64,000 bases of DNA, from positions 1-64,000 of the forward strand of contig JAAILG010001531.1 in the NCBI GenBank assembly GCA_012026655.1, given 5' to 3'. Within the stretch, counting starts at the first letter, position 1, and the number at the start of each line of letters is the position of its first letter. Shown in pieces: positions 1-12,700 of the stretch. The notes under the pieces were generated by a model. That model did not search any database, was not told where the DNA came from, and was given only the letters and a program-made list of their open reading frames with translations. Origin of the DNA: Hydrolagus affinis (taxonomy: Eukaryota). The position numbers and the translations under genes were made by a program.

Positions 1-273
1 CACGGAAGGCCTTCTTCGCGGTGGAATTATGAGCCACGGGAGTGGCATGTTGGTGGGGGAGGGGAGGGGGGGGGGAGGGAGAGAGTTACGGGGAGAGTAT
101 GCATGTATGTGGAGGGGGAGGGGGGAAGGGGGGATCAATTGTGTGACGGGTGGATCTCGTTTGTGGAACTTTTCTTTGTATTTTCGCCCCCCACCACACA
201 CACAAGTTGTGTGTGTGTGTGTGTGTGAGAGAGCGTGTGGGGGGAACAAGCCAGGCATTTTATCTGTTATATT

Positions 274-412
274 TGTCCTGACGAAGGGTTGTAGACCCCA
301 AACGTTAACTCCTTTTCCTTTCTCCATGGATGCTGTTTGACCTGCTGAGTTTCCCCAGCAACTTTTGTTTTCGTTTCAGATTCCCAGCATCTGTAGTATT
401 TTGTGTGTTTTT
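274..412 (+). mobile_element. Penelope-like element terminal fragment with degenerate minimal hammerhead motif
   Basis: ctgacgaagggttgtagacccc-aaacgtt followed by tcctttctccatggatgctgtttgacctgctgagtt; related copies near 23555-23700 and 15030-15115. Confidence 0.6.
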
Positions 413-956
413 TTGAGGCATTTTAGCTCTTGCTTTTTCAACCCGAGTTTCACTCGATTCCTATATTGACGTTGCGATTTCTCTCTATCATCCTCGTTCA
501 TTCGAGTAAAAATCCCTGATTGTCCAGTGCCCCTGGGGCGTCTTTCTGAGTGTAATTTGTTGTTGTTGTGTGTTGTACTGTATTTATGTCCTTCCGACCA
601 TGTTGTGTTATTGGACTGACTTCCGAAGCAGTTCATGGTAGAACGACTTGACAGTGTGGCTGGTGGTCTTTTGTTTTGTTCAGTGGAAAGCCTTTATTGA
701 ATGATTTATAATTGCCACCCTTTGATTTGGGATATTTTGCTGCTGAAATGTTTATAGGATCATCTTTCTACCGGGTGCATCTGAAATGTACGAATTTATG
801 ATGGGATATTTGCTGCTGGTGTGGATGGATGTCAGCATAGCTTTGGCAGTTCATCCAAGTGATTATTCATTCGTGTGTGAGCCTGGACAATCGAGTGTTG
901 ACAAACCATTGAGCCATGATGTGAGGGGGGTTCCTCAAAACCTGAGCCTGGTATTT

Positions 957-1278
957 GGAATCCTGTAGCTCAGTGGTTAGAGCACTTGCCTTACAAGCGT
1001 GAGACCTGTGTTCGAATCCAGCCAGGCCAGGGCAAAACCTTGGGCAAGTTTCCTTACTCCACACACCTAATAATCCCGTTTTAAAACAAAACGCAATAAT
1101 AAAATTGGTCATTTTAATCCATGACTGTTTGTGGGACACTGCTGTGCGCAATTGGCTGCCGCGTTTTGCCCAAAAATATAGAGTCAATTCTCTTTACAGT
1201 ATATTCTGTGAAGCACTTTGAGGCGTCTAGAAGACATGAAAAGCACTTTCTCAAATTGAAGGATTATTATATTATTAT
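957..1278 (+). mobile_element. tRNA-derived SINE (Deu-like core end, L2-like tail, (ATT)n end), near full length
   Basis: A box tagctcagtggttagagc, B box gttcgaatcc, core gtgggacactgctgtgcgcaattggctgccgcg; about ten related copies in the window. Confidence 0.9.
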
Positions 1279-3749
1279 CTTCACTGGACATACCAGGAAC
1301 CACTGAGACCAGAAGCCCTTCCACATTTTTGCTTTTCGTAGTGGAAGGGAACAAACTGGTTAGTCTACCCAACCAATACCATCATTGCTGAGATCAGCTA
1401 ACTCAGCGCAGGCTGGAAATTGTACCTGGAGCCTTTGTGAATCCCTGCACTTCTGCATTGGGACATAGAGCATCGCTCTATGTCCATTCCCTCATTGTCT
1501 AGATATATATATATTAAAAGTTTTGAAGTTAATCCCTGAGGTTTTGAAGGGTCTGTGATTCAATTGTGTCTCTCTGTATGTCATTGTTATCGGATAAACA
1601 AAGTTAATGGGATGATAGAATCAATAGAAAAGAGTTGCGCTTTGCAGCTATGCACTGAATCTTTTGCAATATAAGAATAGTTGTTTCAGAGCTGGAAACA
1701 TTTCCAATACCGGGTGAGTCTTAAAAAATGTATCCTAATTGATGGTAGGATCACAATATTAGGATTCCACTGCTACTCAAATTTTGGCAGGCATCATTTT
1801 GCAATAGCGTGATGAGTAATTTTAAAGTCACTGGTTTATTGGTACAGGCCTTTTTTTCCTAAAAAGTTTTCAATTGCGGTGAGTTAAGATAATTCAAACC
1901 AGGACTTTAATCTGAATTGTAAATGTAATGGTTGGCATGGAGTTATCAAAATAACAACAATTACACTTGTAAAGCGCTTTTCACGTCAGGACAACGTCCC
2001 AAGGTGCTGGACAGTCAAAATATGATAATAATAAAATGTGTACAATATCAAGTATTTTGTCAATTCAGTTTTGGTGCGAAGTGTTCATAACAGTTGTATA
2101 ATACTTTTCATGGAACAGTGTAATGCATAAAGTAGATGGGCCTTCAAAGTGAATTACTTGAGAGGCTGCTAAATAGATCAGTTTCAAATTAATGTTTGTG
2201 TTTGTTGCAGTTCTTTTTACCTTGTTCTCTCAGTTTTGACCACACCAATTCCTGATTATGATTCTAAATTTATTTCATTTAATCATTGGATTTGCTAAAA
2301 GGGAACGTGATTCAAAAGTAGGAGTGTATTATATATTAAACCAGTTTTTTTGTGTGTGTTTTAGTGTAGAAGCTGATATTTTTACAATTTGTTTCTGGTA
2401 CAATTCTTTTTTCTCTCTACTCTCTCCTTAGCCCCCTGTTCTCACATCCTTTTTTGAAATTAAGTCATTCATGTTGAAGTGCATTTCTGTGGATGGTATC
2501 AGATCTCCAGTACTTTGCCCAAATAGTCAATTGGGATAGGCTGTGTGTGGGAGAACGCGATCTCTAACGTTGACTGTATGCTTATCGAACTGTAGCTGAG
2601 TTGGATCTGATTTTTGAAAATGTAAACTATTTCCCTGGTTCCAGCTCAAGTTAAATGTATTCAAACACAAGATAAATCGCCAAGAACTACATTGCTCTCT
2701 ATAACTTTATTATAATGTATAATTATAACTTGATCTAGTCGACACCCAGTGTAAAATAAACAACCTTTTTGTTGCACATATCTTCTATTCACAAAAGTTT
2801 TATGGTTTAACATTAGTAAATTTGACTTTTACAACTTAAGACTATTCAACATCAATTTGAATAAATATTAAGAGTAAAATACTGTCCTTAGTTTTCACTT
2901 GCCCTTCCGAAAGTCCTTTAAAATTTGATGTCAGTGGCCCTATGTACCCTGGCTAAGTAACTAATCTCTGTGTGTATTTGTTTGCAGTCTATAAACTGTT
3001 ATTACCAAGCTTAATTTGTTCTCTTCTAGCATTGTGTGCAGTTATATGATGCGTAGATATAGCTAGATAGTGATCTGAGTAGTAATTCCTCCAGAATTTT
3101 CTTGTCACCCACCTAACCCACAAAAGGAGGAGGTTGTGTAAGTGTTGTTTGCATTGTGTGTTTACTTATCTGGGACCTGGAGTCTCCAAAATAATACTGA
3201 TAAGGAGATTAAACAGCAATTCATATATTGAATAATTGAACAATGGTTCTACTGATTATAGATGGGAGGGGATACTGAAAAGATGTGTTGTAATGGCAGG
3301 AGCTGCAGAGCTGTCAGGAGAGCATATACAACTGAATTTGTGCCCTACAACATCAAAAAGGATACCTTGAGAAGGGGCTTGATTACTAAATGCTATTCTT
3401 TACCTCTCCTTTTCAGCAGATTTTGGCTTGGGACAAGGATATGGTTTCACTGGTATCGGCGGGTATCTTGACACCAAGTGGCCATTCTTCATGTGAAGTC
3501 TGAGCATAGAGTGCAGTGTTGCCAGGCTGTTCCATTGTGTTCTATGTGAATGCGCTGTTGCTGTTTTCCTCACCAGAAATTGCTTTTGACAACCACATGC
3601 TTACTTCAAGGAAAGTTTTGATAGCAATTCAAGGTGACAACTATGAAACACTGTTTCTACTTGTGGATACCAAGTGAAGATTGCTTTTCTTTCCTTCTGG
3701 TGAGCCAGTAGTAGAATTCTACAAGTACCTTGTCTATGGAATTCTATCC

Positions 3750-3982
3750 CCCAATCCCTCCATCTCGTTTCTTCCCTTTCCTCTTTCAAGGCCGGCTTGA
3801 AGACTTTCCTCTTCGACCGTGCCTTTTGTTCCCCCCCGAATTCTTCGACCTCCCCTTTGTGTTTCACCCCCGCCCAAACACTCCCCTCCCAGCTCGGGTC
3901 ACTCTCCCCCTGTGCAGCGCCTTGGGACGTCCTCCCGACGTGAAAGGCGCTCTATAAATGTAATTTGTTGTTGTTGTTGTTG
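3750..3982 (+). mobile_element. L2 3' end with (TTG)n tail; short copies near 1950-2010(-), 7690-8005(+), 20955-21005(+), 27395-27452(-), 43718-43765(-), 47535-47582(+), 50075-50210(-), 61885-61960(-)
   Basis: gcgccttgggacgtcctcccgacgtgaaaggcgctctataaatgtaatttgttgttg recurs across the window. Confidence 0.8.
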
Positions 3983-3989
3983 AGGTAGA

Positions 3990-5000
3990 CTATTTCATTC
4001 GCGATAATGCAAGGCATATAGGAATTCAAAATAATAAGTACATTTGCTCTACGAATGGGATAGAATTTAAGGGGGAAGTTGAGATGCCAAGGGGTATTAG
4101 TTGACAACACTCACCATGTCAAAACCATATGAGACAGAAATAAACAGGGCAAATAAGATGCTAGGCCATATTGCCAAAACAATTGAGTTTGGATTTTCAG
4201 AAGTTGTATTCAAGCTGCACCTGAACTTCTGTGTAAAATTCTGGATACAATGGCTAAACCCAGTAGTTCCCAACCTCGGAACCCGACCCAAATCAGGGTG
4301 GTGGGGGTCCTCAGTAGGGTTGCGAAGGGTCATCAAAAATTTTTGTTGCTATTTTTAATGCTGAAAATGCTTTTTTAATGCTGAAAAGTGCCCGAGATGA
4401 CACTGCCGACCAATTTGTATGAAAGACCGTATTTACGAGTTGTGCTGAGTCCACAAAAGAGACGAAGCTATCGTCTTGGCTGAGCTTCCTTTCAGCCGCG
4501 ATGTCGCCCCCTAAGGGTCGGGAGGACCTGTTGGTGTCTAATTTGGGTCGCAGCAAAAAAAGGTTGGGAACCACTGGATTAACCAAAACCCTAGAGGCAG
4601 TGGAGAGAGCAAAAAGTTTGATCCCCAGTGTTGGGGAATGAGCTAAGACTCATAATTAGACAAGTTAAGACTTTGAAAGCAATGTCTCGGAGGGGACGTC
4701 CTAGAATTATACAAGATTTTAAATGGGATTGAGAAAATAAATGCAGGAGAATATTTTCAAATTGGTCAAGAAAGCAGAACAAGAGGGCAGTTTTCTATTT
4801 GGACAATTTCTGGACAGATGTCTGGAGATCAACAACTGGAATGGGTTTTCAGGAAGTTGTTGAAGCCAAGATGCTGGATTATTTTTTTTTTAAAATCACA
4901 GCTCATGGGAAGTAATGGGAAGACTACAGGGTGAGTATTGCAGAAGGATGAGATCAAATAGGTTGAACCGCCTTCTACGTCCTAACCGCTATTGTGATCT
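3990..5000 (+). mobile_element. degraded CR1 LINE 3' fragment interrupted by a hAT MITE
   Basis: INRANKMLGHIAKTIE...KLHL is CR1 ORF2-like; downstream cggaggggacgtcctagaattatacaagattttaaatggga. Confidence 0.7.
4261..4576. mobile_element. hAT (Charlie-type) MITE
   Basis: TIRs cagtagttcccaacct / aggttgggaaccactg; 8-bp flanks gctaaacc and gattaacc (6/8 match, decayed TSD). Confidence 0.85.
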
Positions 5001-8000
5001 CTGAAGTGTTTGGTGAGTAAGGTATATCTAACTAACCCAACAAAATCTTTGTTTTTAGTAGTGGTCTTTGGCAAGACTGCATGTTTTGTCCCCTGTCACC
5101 TCTTTATTGAAGCACTCTCAGGGACTAAATGAACATTTTTTAGGATGGTGAATTTGAGAAGCATATTTTATTTGGAGGGGAGAGAGAAAAGAAAATCGTT
5201 GCCAAGGCTGATAATGTCTTCACTTGTTATCCACCAAGATTGTTTTTTCTAGCACACGGCCACTCCTAGCAACGATGGGCACAAACCATGTTTCTTTCAT
5301 TCTTCTTGTGTGGCACCTTGACTCATCTGGTAGCACTCTTACCTTTGAATCAGAAGCCTCCTGTCTGGGCTTGAGCTTGTTGGCTAGGAAGACACTCAAC
5401 AGTGCAGTAGTGTTGCCTTGTGTGAGGTTAAGCAGGTCCTGTCTGCCTGTTCAGGTGAATATTAAACATCCTTTGATATAGTAGGAAATGATAAAATGAT
5501 CTGAGGCATTGATGGACATTTAATTGGAAAAGTTAAAGCAGCTGTTGTCTATCAAAAGGGACACTTGTCATCTTATATAAATTGTGTACTTGTTTTGCTT
5601 TTGCAGAGGATTTGCCATGATGACGAGTGGAAGTAATGTTTGGACATATCAGTTTATGGTGCTTATGAAATGATATCTTGCTTTTAAAAATAAAGGACTT
5701 GGGAGGACAAAGAGGGGTTTCAGCATTCAGCCCCAAACTATTTAGTTTGTCATGGAACAAGCAAAATTTATCTTGTTGCTTTCAAAATGTTTCCTTCAGT
5801 TCGTCTCCTCTCTGGTCACCCCCTCTCTTGATAATAACCCAGGTCAGTAAACTAACTCAAACCTATCTGTGCTGCAATTCATTCCAGCTGCTCAGATAAT
5901 GATGTAGGAGTGGCTTGATCTTTCCCAAAGTAAATATTCAAAGAAATGAAAACGAAAGTTAATATTTTAGGTCAAAAAGCTAATTAATATTAACTATCAA
6001 TACTTGTACATTTTGTGAAAGCTTAAGTGGTTCATGGATCTGAGACCAGTTGGAAAATAGTCCTTTTTTCTGTAACTAATGTGCCTATGGGAGTGGAAAA
6101 TGTTAACATGTGTTATTACCTATACTTGTGATATAATCAATAAGACATGGATAGTCATTACTGTAGGGCAGACTAATAGAGGGTTTCATCCTGGCATATA
6201 TCAACATCAATCTCCACATGTGGAGGTTTGGTTTGGATAGTAAATGAGTCATAAAGACGTGCGAAAATGTTTTTATCATTTGTGCTGTGATGACAAAATA
6301 ACTTCACAGACATTGGTAACCTTGCTGGAGAATATATTAATTAGTAGTCCACACAGCAAGGAACACTGCCAAACAAATGCTGAGTTATTGAAATGTTTTA
6401 ATAGCCAGAATGTGGAAAGTAGAATACTTCAAAACAAATTCTTGAATACAGAATATATTTCACTTCTCAAAGTTCATCACATGTCCTGGCTTCTGTGCTA
6501 AATCACTAGTATGTTGGAAAGTTTCCTTGATTCCAATGAGTATTTCTATTTGTAATGAACTATTGATTGTATTAATTTTTTCTGAATTATCTTGTATGAA
6601 TGTTTTCGGATCTGTGAAGATTGTTCAACCTACAATAAAAGATGCTGAAAGATTTTGTTTAAATTGTATATTTTTAATAATATTGTGAACTCTTGAATAC
6701 CTTTGACATTAGTCAGACTGAGAAACTAAAAATATAATCGCCATGCTGACCTTTGGTTAACATGTAATTTTCTCCAATTTGCATACTAGATTGGGTAACC
6801 TTTGTGATTACAATGAAAGTAAAAACTTCTGTAGTTTTACAGAATTATATCCTGGGGGAACCCTCTTTGATGGGTGCTTTCTTACAATGAATGCTGGGTC
6901 ACACAGTCCTACTGCTCCCCTTGTAATGCATTATTTTTAGGTAGTACAGTATTCAGCCAAAACTTATTTGAAGAAAATATTGAATAGCAGCAAAATTGCA
7001 TGTGATTTCATTTCAGCAAGAGTGTAGCAATTACAAAATGGCCAATAAAGCTGTTTTTATTTAGGTTTGGAATGATTGTTTAATGGATAGGATTGCCCCC
7101 CGAATCATTGAATCATTTTCAACACTAACTAACGGATGGAAGCTTCATTTTTGTACCAAAATACCATTTGATTACTCTGAGAATTTCTTGATGAATTCCC
7201 AGTTGCATCCAAAGATGATCCCAAGTGAAGACTGGCATTACGGCTTATTCATGGTATCTTACAACTTACTTTGCAATTACAAGTTATTAAAAGGGATCCA
7301 AAATTAGTTGACTGCATACTTAATATCTAGGAGGTAAACATATTTATTTAAGCATCCCCAAGTTAAGATTTTCTAGCTAATTTGGATGAATTATATGATC
7401 ATGGTTTGAGGAGGTGATGTTTCTTGGGATTGCCATGAAGCACTTTGAGACATTTCAACAATGTGATAAGATGCTACTTCCAATGTAAGGATTATTAAAT
7501 TGTGCATTTTGTGGCAGTAGGGATTTTCTTTTATTAAGTCTTTACTTGGATTTGCAATGGGAAACTGGTGTAATTTTTTCAGGAAATGGACATTGCATGA
7601 ACATTTGAACTGGTTTTGCACAGGCTACTTAATTGGAAATGTGTTTTGGGTTCAGGAAGTATTGGTGAGCTCCCAAGTTGGTGTCCCTTGCCATTGGGAT
7701 GTCCTCCTGATGTGAAACGAGCCATATAAATGTAATTTGTTGTTGTGCTATGAGGATCCTATCATCTTTCTGTAAATAATTGTGTTGAAACTCACTTTAC
7801 ATTGTTACTTCCCCTTCGCCCGCTCCCTAGCCACCTTCAAGTCCCGCCTCAAGACCCTCCTCTTCAATGGTCCCATCAGTCATCCCAAATCCCCCGTTCC
7901 CTCCACCTTCCCCGACCCCAGCTTGGGTCTGAAACAATGATTGTCCAGCGCCTTGGGAAGTCCTCCTGACTGAAAGGCACTATACAAGTGTAATTTTGTT

Positions 8001-8136
8001 GTTTAATTACATAAATATTATTTTGCTGCTTGTGAGTCAAGAAGTGATTCTCTCATTTCCTTAGTTTTACACTTTCCAGGAAATAATCACAGGACAGGAA
8101 TCAAGAGATCTTAAAGCATTCCTTGCTCCCTTTTCT

Positions 8137-8183
8137 CATGTCTTGTTTTGGACTTCACATGTCTTGTTTTGGACTTCACATGT
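8137..8183. repeat. 21-bp tandem duplication (catgtcttgttttggacttca)x2
   Basis: Exact direct repeat. Confidence 0.9.
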
Positions 8184-8849
8184 TCATAGAGTGATCTTTT
8201 CTAATGCCACTCTGGTTGAGATAGAGAAGTACAAGAAAATGTCTCCCTCATTCAACCCTCCCTCTTCCCGAAAGAAACTTGATCTCCCTTTAATAAAATC
8301 CAGGTATAGCATTGCATGATTACCGATAAGAGCAAAGAGTAAAATTTGGATTGAAGGGCAAAATTTTACATTACACATAGGCTCATTTTCTTTCCTCCCG
8401 TTTGAATGAAATCAAATATTTTAGAACCATTTTGTCAGCAAAATGTGCTGTTTTGTGCTATCAATGAATTACCAGTACAGGTATTGGCAATACTGTACAG
8501 TATTTATATTAGTGTAAATTCAAGGGAGGGGAACGTGACGGGTGTATTGAATACTTTTGTCAACAAAGAGAATTATCAACGTGCACATTGAAAGGCACCC
8601 CTGGCGGTGCATCAGGGTTCTGCAACGTAGCGTGAAGTCCGCCATGACAAAGGAATCTAGATTGGGATTTCAAACAATGTGCCGATAAAACAAGGGAGGG
8701 GGTTGACTGCTTTGACCATATGAGCACGATTGAAATCACTTCCTCGAGTAATTTTACGCCTGCTGACGTTTGTTGATCTATAAATGGCCAGCAGGAGTTT
8801 ATAGGTAGTTTAACTATTAACAAAGTTTTTTTTAAAAAATGTGTGCAAT

Positions 8850-9720
8850 CTGAGCCGGTGCGGCGGCTCCAGTGTTAAGTGAAGCCAGTGCAGTCAAATG
8901 AGCCCTCGCCTCTTGTGTCTCGGTTGCGGTTCCTTGTCTCTTTTAATGTGCTGCCCTCCAATGTGCCTGCATTGCAAAACCCCATTTCATCTTCTCTTCA
9001 ACGGTTTCAAAGAACCCCATGTTTGTTCTTTGAAACCGGGAGGTGGAGGGGTGGTAGGAATGATCGATGTGAAACAAAATGCAATTCTCTCCTCGTATGA
9101 TGTCTGCGATGTGTTCAGGCGCGGGTGCCCGTCGCGGGGTCCAGCCAGGGGGCCTGTCTGTAAGCGCTCGCCCGTTGCGCGCGTTCCCTCTCCTCAGTCT
9201 CGGTGGGCTGTGGCGTAGAGCGGCTGCTCTGCGTCTGTCTCTCAACGACACAGACGCCCGAATTTTCCCCTCCTCTCCCATTTTATATATTGTTCATTAA
9301 AAATAAGTCTTAGCTTTAAACAAGTGCGGGAAACAAAACGAACAAAAATGCCCGCAGCCACCGCCACAAAAGCGGCAGAATCACGAGGCTCTTCCTCCGT
9401 CGCCACCGTTGGGCCCGAGGCTGCCACCCCGAGTCTCCAACCCGGCCACCCACAGAACGAGACCCTCAGACAGGTCCTGAATGTGATCGACAAGAAAGTG
9501 CGGAACATGGAGAAGAAGAAGGTACTGGAAAGTGAGCGAGAGGCAGGCCCGGGGCGGAGGCTGTGAGGTTGGGAGTAACCCCCAAGCAACGGGGGCTGCG
9601 CTGAAAAGCCTCCGTCCGTCCTGCAAAATAAAAAAAAACGAGCCGCGGTCGGTCAGCCGGGAACTGGTCCTCACTGAATTCAGCGTATTCTCAGGAGGTT
9701 CCACGACCCGAATTCCAGCC
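8850..9720 (+). promoter_or_regulatory. CpG-rich region around the CAPRIN1 start codon (promoter / 5'UTR / CpG island)
   Basis: Visibly high CpG and GC density against AT-rich flanks; TSS cannot be fixed from sequence. Confidence 0.65.
9348..9521 (+). CDS. CAPRIN1: CAPRIN1 first coding exon (called exon 2 here): MPAATATKAAESR...VIDKKVRNMEKKK
   Basis: ATG in context aaaaATGc; donor AAG|gtactg. Confidence 0.93.
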
Positions 9721-12700
9721 TCTTAAATAGCACCCGTTCCTACATGGCCTGCTTAGTTGTTGGTTGCAGTTGTTGACGAGAAAATGGGTTCTTCCATTCA
9801 TCCACAAATGTCGGGTGTTTAATGTGAAGCGCAGGCAGCATCCAACAAACGAGTAGATTTTGCATGTTTTAAGGGTTCGCAATGAAGTGTCAGTGAAATT
9901 TTGTTGAAGGGAAGTTGCACGTTAGAGAGATTTATTCATTATACTCCACTAGCACTAACACTTTCAATAACACCTTCAATACTCACTACTTCAGTCATAG
10001 TGAGGAATCCTTACTAGGACCATTTTATGAGGATGCCAGCTTGGTAATATAGGGGTGGGGGGAGGAAGGAAATGGTCAGTGTTTTTGTTTTTCTTCTTTG
10101 CCAGCCCAATTGTAAAATAACCATCGACTAGCATATCAGCATATCACTGAGCTCGCAGCAAGCAATAACTGAATCACACCAAGAACAATCATTGTCCTGA
10201 CTTCTGTTGCAACAGAATATATTTGTTTTGTTTTAAAAAATGAGTTTGCAGGAATGTCTGGGTGCAATTGTAGAACAGAAATTAATTTACTATTTTCCTG
10301 ATGTATTTGAAATGCAACTAACTGATTGGATGAGGAATGCAAAGTGTTTCTCTGATCTAAGACGTTTGACTTTGATTCCATTTTACGGTTGGGCTGCCAT
10401 TGCACAGTGCCAGCCATCTTCCAGTGCTTTGCCGGAGTTACCATTGTTGTGTGCGCCTTGACTAAAGTTGCAGGCTCTCTGATTGGTGGTGGCTTTTAAG
10501 TCCGTCATCTAACCTCCCACATAGCTCCAGGATATTCATCCAGAGCCAAACTGTCTCTCCATTTCCCCCCACCCCCTCTCCACCCCAAACTTCGGGATAA
10601 TTAGTTGTAGCACTCCCATTTCAGCTGACATGGGTAATTCAGGACAGCCGCTGATTGAACATGGGACCTATATAATCTTTTTGACTCTTGTTTATCAATT
10701 GAATAACAAATGTTAACATTAGGAAAAGAACCCTTTACAATAATTTTAAAGGGATTACCCCAGATTTTGCTTCTAGTTATTCTATATTCAACATGCTGAA
10801 AATAACTTATTTTTCTGTTAGTCTTTTGTTCCCTTAATTTAAATGAAAGATTTTGGCAAAGTATCTGAATAGGAATTGCCGCCAAAAGGCAATTTACAAT
10901 TCCTTAAGTCCCAATATTTCACAAGTAATGAAAGATCTCCCCAAAAATTGATTTATTCTTTCAAGAAAAACAGGCGTTTGATAATTCACAGAATTTCTTG
11001 GTATTACAAGAAAGCTATCAGACATTCTGTATAAAGGATGGGCAGTTCACATGAAGCACACATACTTTTAATATTCAGATCATCGATATATCACAGAGCC
11101 CATAGTGCAAGAGACCTCCAAGATTGAAGAGTAACAGAAAAAAAGTTAGGTGGTGGCAAAGTTTTTAAAGATTATATGAGTGCGTTGAGGATTTCTGTAT
11201 TATAATGATCCTTGCATTTTGATACAGTGCTTTTCACATCTTCTAGATGTCACAGCGCTTCACCGAATATCCGGTAAAGTGAATTCATTGTATATTTGTG
11301 GGCGAATTGAAGAGATCCAAGAAAAGAATGTAAAATGAGAAGATGGGCCATACATTTTAATTTCAATATTAAGGAAGTGGGGGGAATTAATTATATAATT
11401 TTGTAGAACTGTGTCCGTTTGGGCTGCCCAGATTTTGGAATGGGTTTGTGGTTTCTAGGTTCAACGATGCACTAGATTAGCTGGTTAACTCAATTTTTTT
11501 TAGGATTACTGTGGAATTGTTTAATGTCCTGGCCATTTGTTCTCAACGCCAGGGTGATGTTTGGCTTTCTTACTACTACCACAATTCAAAACAGGCTCTT
11601 AATTTTAATGTCGCATCCGGAAGCCATCACCCTTCATAATATCATCAGTGACCTCCATGACTGCCACATATGACTTGAAGCGCTTATCCAATCTAGAGAT
11701 AAAAGTCTCACTAACTGATTGCTTTATCCAATCTTGTGTATATAAAAAAAAACAATGTTGTCCATATAAGCATTTGTTACAATTTTGATTTATCTCAGCT
11801 CTGCAAAGATTTATTTTTGCTGTCTGTTGTGAATAGGGACTCAGACTTTTTGAAGGGTAATGTGTTTGTGCTACTGGGTATAGAACTATGCCTAACATTT
11901 TCTTTTTTGATAGAAGAATCTATTCAAATCAGACGAACTTGATGGTTCACGGGGCCAAATAGAATGAATGGATTTCAGAGACCGAGCTGTGAGCTTTGTT
12001 CATGACTGAATGCTGACTTGCCAAATTGAAAAATGAATGGGCATTAAATTGAAGCTAGGATTAGGCAATGTATAGAGAAGCACATCATGTATGACCTTCT
12101 GTCACAAATTGCCATGTACAGGTTGTTTTAAAGAATTGTTTCAATGGCTGATTGCTTACTTGCACATCATAGTCCTTTAGATTTTTGAAAATGTTATTTC
12201 TAACGTACAACATTCTGACCGCATCATCATCCATGGATGCACACTCCCAGCTCACTAAGCCAGTCCGGAATCTTGGCGTCTTGTTCAACCCTCAACTATC
12301 CTTTCTACCGCACACCAGTGCCATGACTTGCTCTATCTTCCCCCCCTCAGCAACATTGCCTCACTCCACCACTGTCTCACACCGCTGGCTGCTGAGATTC
12401 TCATACCTGTATTCATAACATCCAGGCTTGACAATGCCTACTCCTTGCTTATCGCCCTTCTCAACTCCTTCCTCCACAGGCTGCAGATCACCCAGAACTT
12501 TGCAGCCTGTGTCCTCTCCCGCATTAGGCTCCATCACCATATTACCCTCACCTACTCCACTGGCTTCCAATCATACAGGGGGTACAGATCAAAATCCTTG
12601 TCCTTGCCTTCAAAGCCCTCCATGGCCTCGCTCCTCCCCTATCTCTGTGACTTCTTAACTCACTACCAACCTGCCTGCTACCTCCACTCGGTGGGCCCCA

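Noticed and set aside
957-1030. tRNA-like sequences (also at 20343, 37526, 45545 and 52570)
   Set aside because: A and B boxes continue into a shared SINE body and tail; no intact cloverleaf. These are SINE heads.
8879-9726. Cluster of overlapping ORFs on both strands
   Set aside because: Expected in GC-rich DNA; only 9348-9521 encodes recognisable protein.
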